NCBI GenBank assembly: GCA_963674965.2
Contig: CAXXFL010000001.1
Span: 1,408,001 to 1,472,000 of the forward strand
DNA length: 64,000 nt
Source of the DNA: a bacterium
Lineage (GTDB): Bacteria; RBG-13-61-14; DATKZS01
Direction: 5' to 3'
Position numbers and translations under genes: made by a program. Below the pieces are notes generated by a model. It was not told the DNA's origin. It was given only the letters and a program-made list of their open reading frames with translations, and made no database searches. Positions 59,402-64,000 of the stretch are shown one piece after another; the stretch's first letter is position 1; each line of letters starts with the position of its first letter.

Positions 59402-60838
59402 ATGAAACGCCTTTTGATAGCCACCACCGATGAAGGGGCGGTCTCCTCGATCCGGGAATGCCTGGGAAACGAGTATGAGGTCGAGACGACCCTCGACCGG
59501 GCGTCGTGCCTGGCCAGGTTCATGGAAAGGCGCCACGAGTTCGCCTTCATCGATCTTTCATTCCTGCTCGACGGCGAGACCCGGGAAAAGGAAGACTACG
59601 GAGAGGCGCTGGCGCCGTACTGGAACGCCTTTCCCACCGCCCATATAATCGTCATGGCCTCCCAGCCCGAGATCAGGAGGGCCGTCAACCTGGTCAAGGC
59701 CGGGGCCACCGATTACCTGACCTATCCCATCAGCCCGGCCGAGGTATCTCTCGTGACCGAGACCACGGCCGAGTCCATCCGCGCCCAGTCCGAGCTCGAG
59801 TACTTGAGGGACCGCTTCTGGAAAAGCGAGTCGGAAAAGGTGGTACACACGCTAAACCCCGTGATGAAAAAGGTCTTCGACAAGATCAAGTCCGTGGCCC
59901 CCACCAGGTCCACGGTCCTTCTCACCGGCGAGACCGGCACCGGAAAAAGCGTGCTGGCCAAGATCATCCACCTCCACAGCAACCGCTCCAACGACCAGTT
60001 CATCAGCGTCCACTGCGGGGCCATACCCGAGACCCTGGTCGAGAGCGAGCTTTTCGGGCACGAGAAGGGGGCCTTTACCGGGGCCATTAAAAGGAAGCTG
60101 GGAAAGTTCGAGATAGCCCAGGGAGGGACCATCTTCCTCGATGAGGTCAGCACCGTCACCAAGCCGGTCCAGATAAGACTCCTCCAGGTGCTCCAGGAAA
60201 AGACCTTTGCCCGGGTGGGCGGCGAGGTGGAAATCAAGGCCGACGTCAGGGTCATAGCCGCGTCCAACGAGGACCTCGAGACCCTGATCGAGGACGGCGG
60301 CTTCAGAAAGGACCTTTACTATAGGCTCAACGTTTTCCCCATCGCCATCCCTCCACTGCGGGAAAGGATCGAGGATTTGCCCTTTTTGGTCCAGAGCATT
60401 CTACACGAGCTGGATAAATACAACACGAAAAATATCAACGCCGTTCATCCACAGGTAATGGAGGCCTTCAGAAACTACGATTGGCCGGGGAATATAAGGG
60501 AACTTGAGAACCTGATCGAGCGGGCTTATATAATCGAGCGCTCGAATATTCTTTCGCCCGAGAGTTTTCCCTCCGAGCTTTTCGGATCCATGAAGCCGGG
60601 TACCCGTATCAGCCCCGACCTCTCCGGCACCCTGGCCCAGGCCAGGGCCGAGGCGGTTCAACTAGTTGAAATACAATATCTTAAGGAGCTGTTGGCCGTT
60701 AACAACGGGCGCATGGACCAGACGGCCAAATCGGCTGGAATAGGCACGCGTCAACTGCATAAGCTGATGACCAAATACGAAATCAAAAAAGAAGATTACA
60801 AAACGCGTAAAGGAGACACGAACAAACCGGAACCGTAA
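59402..60838 (+). CDS. Sigma-54-dependent response regulator (NtrC/AtoC-like)
   Basis: Receiver-like N-terminus; GETGTGKS, ESELFGHEKGAFTGA, FLDE, FRKDLYYRL, WPGNIREL; Fis-type HTH. Confidence 0.93.
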   Translation: MKRLLIATTDEGAVSSIRECLGNEYEVETTLDRASCLARFMERRHEFAFIDLSFLLDGETREKEDYGEALAPYWNAFPTAHIIVMASQPEIRRAVNLVKAGATDYLTYPISPAEVSLVTETTAESIRAQSELEYLRDRFWKSESEKVVHTLNPVMKKVFDKIKSVAPTRSTVLLTGETGTGKSVLAKIIHLHSNRSNDQFISVHCGAIPETLVESELFGHEKGAFTGAIKRKLGKFEIAQGGTIFLDEVSTVTKPVQIRLLQVLQEKTFARVGGEVEIKADVRVIAASNEDLETLIEDGGFRKDLYYRLNVFPIAIPPLRERIEDLPFLVQSILHELDKYNTKNINAVHPQVMEAFRNYDWPGNIRELENLIERAYIIERSNILSPESFPSELFGSMKPGTRISPDLSGTLAQARAEAVQLVEIQYLKELLAVNNGRMDQTAKSAGIGTRQLHKLMTKYEIKKEDYKTRKGDTNKPEP

Positions 60839-60916
60839 CTTCACATCGCCATTATAGGAACCTGGAGTTCTTGTTTTAAGCATTCAATTCGTTTTTTACC
60901 TAAAGCCTTTTTAAAT

Positions 60917-61102
60917 GAGCTTCTTGCAAAAGTCCCTTTCTTGGCGGCATAGCCGCTTTGGATTGTGGTCTCTTGAGAGCGCTTTCGATGGCCTTGGCTT
61001 GAAAAAGCCTAAGAATACAACGGTTAGCCTCGCGTCAAGCCGCTCGGAAGAAAAGCGGCGTCGAGCCGCCGCACTCCAAAGCGGGACTTTTGCAAGAGGC
61101 TT
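60917..61102. mobile_element. MITE (non-autonomous element)
   Basis: TIRs AGCTTCTTGCAAAAGTCCC / GGGACTTTTGCAAGAGGCT (18/19 match); flanking AAAT duplication (60913-60916, 61103-61106). Confidence 0.72.
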
Positions 61103-61270
61103 AAATAAAAGAGTTGCCGCTAAAGGGAAAAAAGGGACCCCCCCAAAATCCTTTTTGGAAGAATTTTCCCGTTTCGATATCTTTTCAGTCACTTGTCAAA
61201 CAGGAACTTAAAGTTCCTATAATTTGCCATTCTAAAATGAAACATTAATATAAACGGCGACTTAAATTTT

Positions 61271-61286
61271 TGGCACGATCTTTGGT
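61271..61286 (+). promoter_or_regulatory. Putative sigma-54 (-24/-12) promoter
   Basis: TGGCACGATCTTTGGT: consensus -24, GG rather than GC at -12; next to a sigma-54 activator gene. Confidence 0.55.
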
Positions 61287-61298
61287 ATATAGCTGGCC

Positions 61299-61607
61299 AT
61301 GACGACCGACGAAAAACAGCAAAACGGCATTTCCAATCATTTGGGCGATAAGTCGGCGTCAGTGAGAGGGTCGGGAATTTCGGTAAAAGGAATAATACTT
61401 CCCGCGGAATTGGACTGGAATTTCAACACCACCAGCATCATGGTGTCCACGGACCAGGAGGAAGAATATCTTCTTGCGCGTGGGGCCAAGGAGAGGGAAC
61501 TATTCGACCATATAAGGGAATCGGTAAGGGTTACCGGTACCGTTATGGATAAAGGGGAAGGCCAAAAGATAATCGACGTTACCGATTACGAAGTTATTGA
61601 TTACTAG
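61299..61607 (+). CDS. Small hypothetical protein (beta-rich)
   Basis: 102-aa ORF directly after the putative sigma-54 promoter. Confidence 0.6.
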   Translation: MTTDEKQQNGISNHLGDKSASVRGSGISVKGIILPAELDWNFNTTSIMVSTDQEEEYLLARGAKERELFDHIRESVRVTGTVMDKGEGQKIIDVTDYEVIDY

Positions 61608-61660
61608 AGGTCTTGGTATCAAATCGTTTCGCGATACGAAAAAATGGAGGATTTGTAGAA

Positions 61661-62443
61661 ATGGAATTCAAAAAGGCAATGGTTCTTACGGCTATGCTTT
61701 TCGCGGTATTGGCGGTGGTTTTCGGACCGTCCGTCAAGGCTTCCGCGGAGGAGGGCACGGTCGCCCGTGTACAGATGGCTTTCGATATTATATCGGTTTC
61801 CGACGATGACGTAACCGACGGCGCGACCACTGACGACGGTGACACCGCCGAGGTAGAGGAACTCATTTCGATTTACGCGGCCAATGAGGACGACGTCGAG
61901 GACGGGACCACGGCAGAGGACGGCGACACCGCCGAGGAGTTGAGCTCGATTTACGCCGCCAATGAGGACGACGTCGAGGACGGGACCACCATCGAGGACG
62001 GCGACACCGCCGAGGAGCTGAGCTCGATTTACGCGGCCAACGAGGACGACGTCGAGGACGGGTCCACCATCGAGGACGGCGACACCGCCGAGGAGTTGAG
62101 CTCGATTTACGCCGCCAATGAGGACGACGTCGAGGACGGGTCCACCATCGAGGACGGCGACACCGCCGAGGAGCTGAGCTCGATTTACGCCGCCAACGAG
62201 GACGACGTCGACGATGGCTCCACCATCGAGGACGGCGACACCGCTGAGGAGCTGAGTTCGATTTACGCCGCCAATGAGGACGACGTCGAGGACGGGTCCA
62301 CCATCGAGGACGGCGGTACCGCCGAGGAGTTGAGCTCGATTTACGCGGCCAACGAGGACGAGCCGGACGACGGATCGACCGTTGGCGACGGCGACACCAC
62401 CGGTGACGACGCGGGCGACGAAGCGCCTGGCGACGACGAATAG
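61661..62443 (+). CDS. Secreted highly acidic tandem-repeat protein
   Basis: GGAGG RBS; signal peptide (VKASA); 7 copies of a 26-aa unit TAEELSSIYAANEDDVEDGSTIEDGD (78-bp period). Confidence 0.85.
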   Translation: MEFKKAMVLTAMLFAVLAVVFGPSVKASAEEGTVARVQMAFDIISVSDDDVTDGATTDDGDTAEVEELISIYAANEDDVEDGTTAEDGDTAEELSSIYAANEDDVEDGTTIEDGDTAEELSSIYAANEDDVEDGSTIEDGDTAEELSSIYAANEDDVEDGSTIEDGDTAEELSSIYAANEDDVDDGSTIEDGDTAEELSSIYAANEDDVEDGSTIEDGGTAEELSSIYAANEDEPDDGSTVGDGDTTGDDAGDEAPGDDE

Positions 62444-62603
62444 CAAGATTAGTATCAAGGAGAATCCCGGTACTTCAGCCAATAACCGAATCGCGCGGGG
62501 GTAGGCCGTGAAAGGCCGCCGGGGATGGGGGATGGGTTAACGCTCATCCCCCTCTGTTTTGGGGCAGGCAATAACCTAATTAATTCAGGAGGATTTCTAT
62601 CTT

Positions 62604-64000
62604 ATGAACGAAAAGACCGACGGCGGCCCTCCCAAGGGTGGTCAAAAAGCAAAGCATGAACTCAGCGGCATCCGTACGCTGGGACCCGTTCCGGACCTGG
62701 AACGCCATTTGCCCTCCGACTGGTGGAGGACGCTCTTCAACTCGGTCTATTTGAAAACGGATGGAGACGTAGTCGAGAATCTCGATGGCACCAAGGCCGA
62801 AATAGACCTGGTCACGAGCATAGGCGGCCTCGAGAAGAACGACTCGATCCTGGACCTTTGCTGCGGCCAGGGCCGGCACTCGCTCGAGCTGGCTCGCCGG
62901 GGCTTCAAGAACGTAACGGGCCTCGACCGGTCGCGCTACCTTATTCGGCTGGCCAGGAAAAGGGCCCGCGACGAGGGCCTTTCCGTCGAGTTCCGGGAGG
63001 GAGACGCCAGGAAGTTCCGCCTCAAGGACAGGGCCTTCCATTGCGTGACCATCATGGGAAATTCCTTCGGATACTTCGACCAGAAGTCGGACGACCTGGC
63101 CGTGCTTAACAACGTGGCCCGGGTCCTGGCCCCCAACGGCGTGCTGATCATGGACATTGTGGACGGCGCCTGGATGCGCGAGCACTATGAGCCGAGGTCT
63201 TGGGAGTGGATCGACCAGAACCAGTTCGTGTGCCGGGAAAGGTCACTCTCCAAGGACCGGGAGCGGATAGTGGCGCGCGAGGTCATCGTTCACGCGGAAA
63301 AGGGCGTCATCGTGGACCAGTTCTACGCCGAGCGCCTTTACGACCGCGACCAGATAGCGGACCTGCTTGACAAGGCCGGCTATCGCATGGTCAGGTTCCA
63401 TTGCGGGTTCGAGTCCTGCTCGACCCGGAACCAGGACATGGGCATGATGGCCCACAGAATAATCCTGACTTCCCTGGCGCCGGAGAAGCCCCGCCTCAAG
63501 GCGGCCGGCAAGGCCAAGGCCCTTTATCCTAACGTCACGGTCATGCTCGGCGACCCCACTTTGCCCGACTCGGTCAAGGTGAACGGAAAGTTCAACGACC
63601 TGGACCTTGACACGGTAAGCAGGATGAAGGAAACCCTGGCCCAGCTCCCGGAGTACAAGTTCACCTATTTCGACAACCACCAGACCATGCTCCGGTCGCT
63701 TGTGGCCAATCCCCCTGAGTTCGTGCTTAACCTTTGCGACGAGGGGTACATGAACGATCCCTTCAAGGAGCTTCACGTTCCCGCCATGCTCGAGATGCTC
63801 GATATCCCCTATACGGGGGCCGGACCCGCCTGCCTCGGCCTCTGCTATAACAAGGGACTTATCCGGTCCATCGCCGAGTCCCTCGAGATACCGACCCCCA
63901 TGGAGTCCTACCTTGGTCCCGACGACGTGGTGGCCACCATCCCCGCCACTCTGCCGGCCCTGGTCAAGCCCAACTTCGGCGACTCGAGCGTGGGCATAAC
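62604..64000 (+). CDS. Class I SAM methyltransferase fused to D-Ala-D-Ala ligase-like ATP-grasp domain (runs off the window; absent from ORF track)
   Basis: Translated by hand from ATG 62604 (AGGAGG RBS): ILDLCCGQGRH, GLDRS, GDAR, GNSFGYF, then VLNLCDEG, LEMLDIPYTGAG...CYNK, LVKPNFGDSSVGI. Confidence 0.88.
   Translation, partial: MNEKTDGGPPKGGQKAKHELSGIRTLGPVPDLERHLPSDWWRTLFNSVYLKTDGDVVENLDGTKAEIDLVTSIGGLEKNDSILDLCCGQGRHSLELARRGFKNVTGLDRSRYLIRLARKRARDEGLSVEFREGDARKFRLKDRAFHCVTIMGNSFGYFDQKSDDLAVLNNVARVLAPNGVLIMDIVDGAWMREHYEPRSWEWIDQNQFVCRERSLSKDRERIVAREVIVHAEKGVIVDQFYAERLYDRDQIADLLDKAGYRMVRFHCGFESCSTRNQDMGMMAHRIILTSLAPEKPRLKAAGKAKALYPNVTVMLGDPTLPDSVKVNGKFNDLDLDTVSRMKETLAQLPEYKFTYFDNHQTMLRSLVANPPEFVLNLCDEGYMNDPFKELHVPAMLEMLDIPYTGAGPACLGLCYNKGLIRSIAESLEIPTPMESYLGPDDVVATIPATLPALVKPNFGDSSVGI

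Noticed and set aside
61860-62400. 78-bp periodic repeat as a CRISPR array
   Set aside because: No unique spacers; in-frame coding repeat with synonymous variation; no cas genes.

Overview
A GC-rich (~55-60% by eye) bacterial chromosomal window. Ferredoxin, NuoEFG-like and CoA-transferase genes suggest an anaerobe, probably deltaproteobacterial-like (inference). Ordinary content includes: secreted hydrolases (M1 peptidase, EEP, SGNH, GH5); tRNA-Arg(CCT); a trehalose cluster (DUF5752-treT-otsB-otsA); a class A PBP; lsrF plus a Zn dehydrogenase; exbBD; a site-2 protease; and a purN-like formyltransferase. The best candidate for an undescribed system is a minus-strand cluster at 34976-42319. It comprises an ECF sigma factor, a soluble zinc-finger anti-sigma, a membrane protein fusing an intact class III adenylate cyclase with an intact CHAT (caspase-fold) protease, TPR and a CsgG-like domain, and a secreted TPR/CsgG-like partner, with a Crp-family regulator convergent beside it. 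Second, a complete IS110 element (22995-24308) has readable ends and a putative bridge RNA whose loops match both its reconstructed target (a ribosome-binding site) and its circle junction. Also notable: ~200-bp structured direct repeats around an orphan NuoEFG-like/LuxR cassette, a 186-bp MITE in a sigma-54 promoter region, a secreted acidic 26-aa tandem-repeat protein next to a methyltransferase/ATP-grasp fusion, a 2266-aa mosaic secreted protein, and apparent over-representation of CTCGAG. All calls come from reading motifs by eye; no searches were run.
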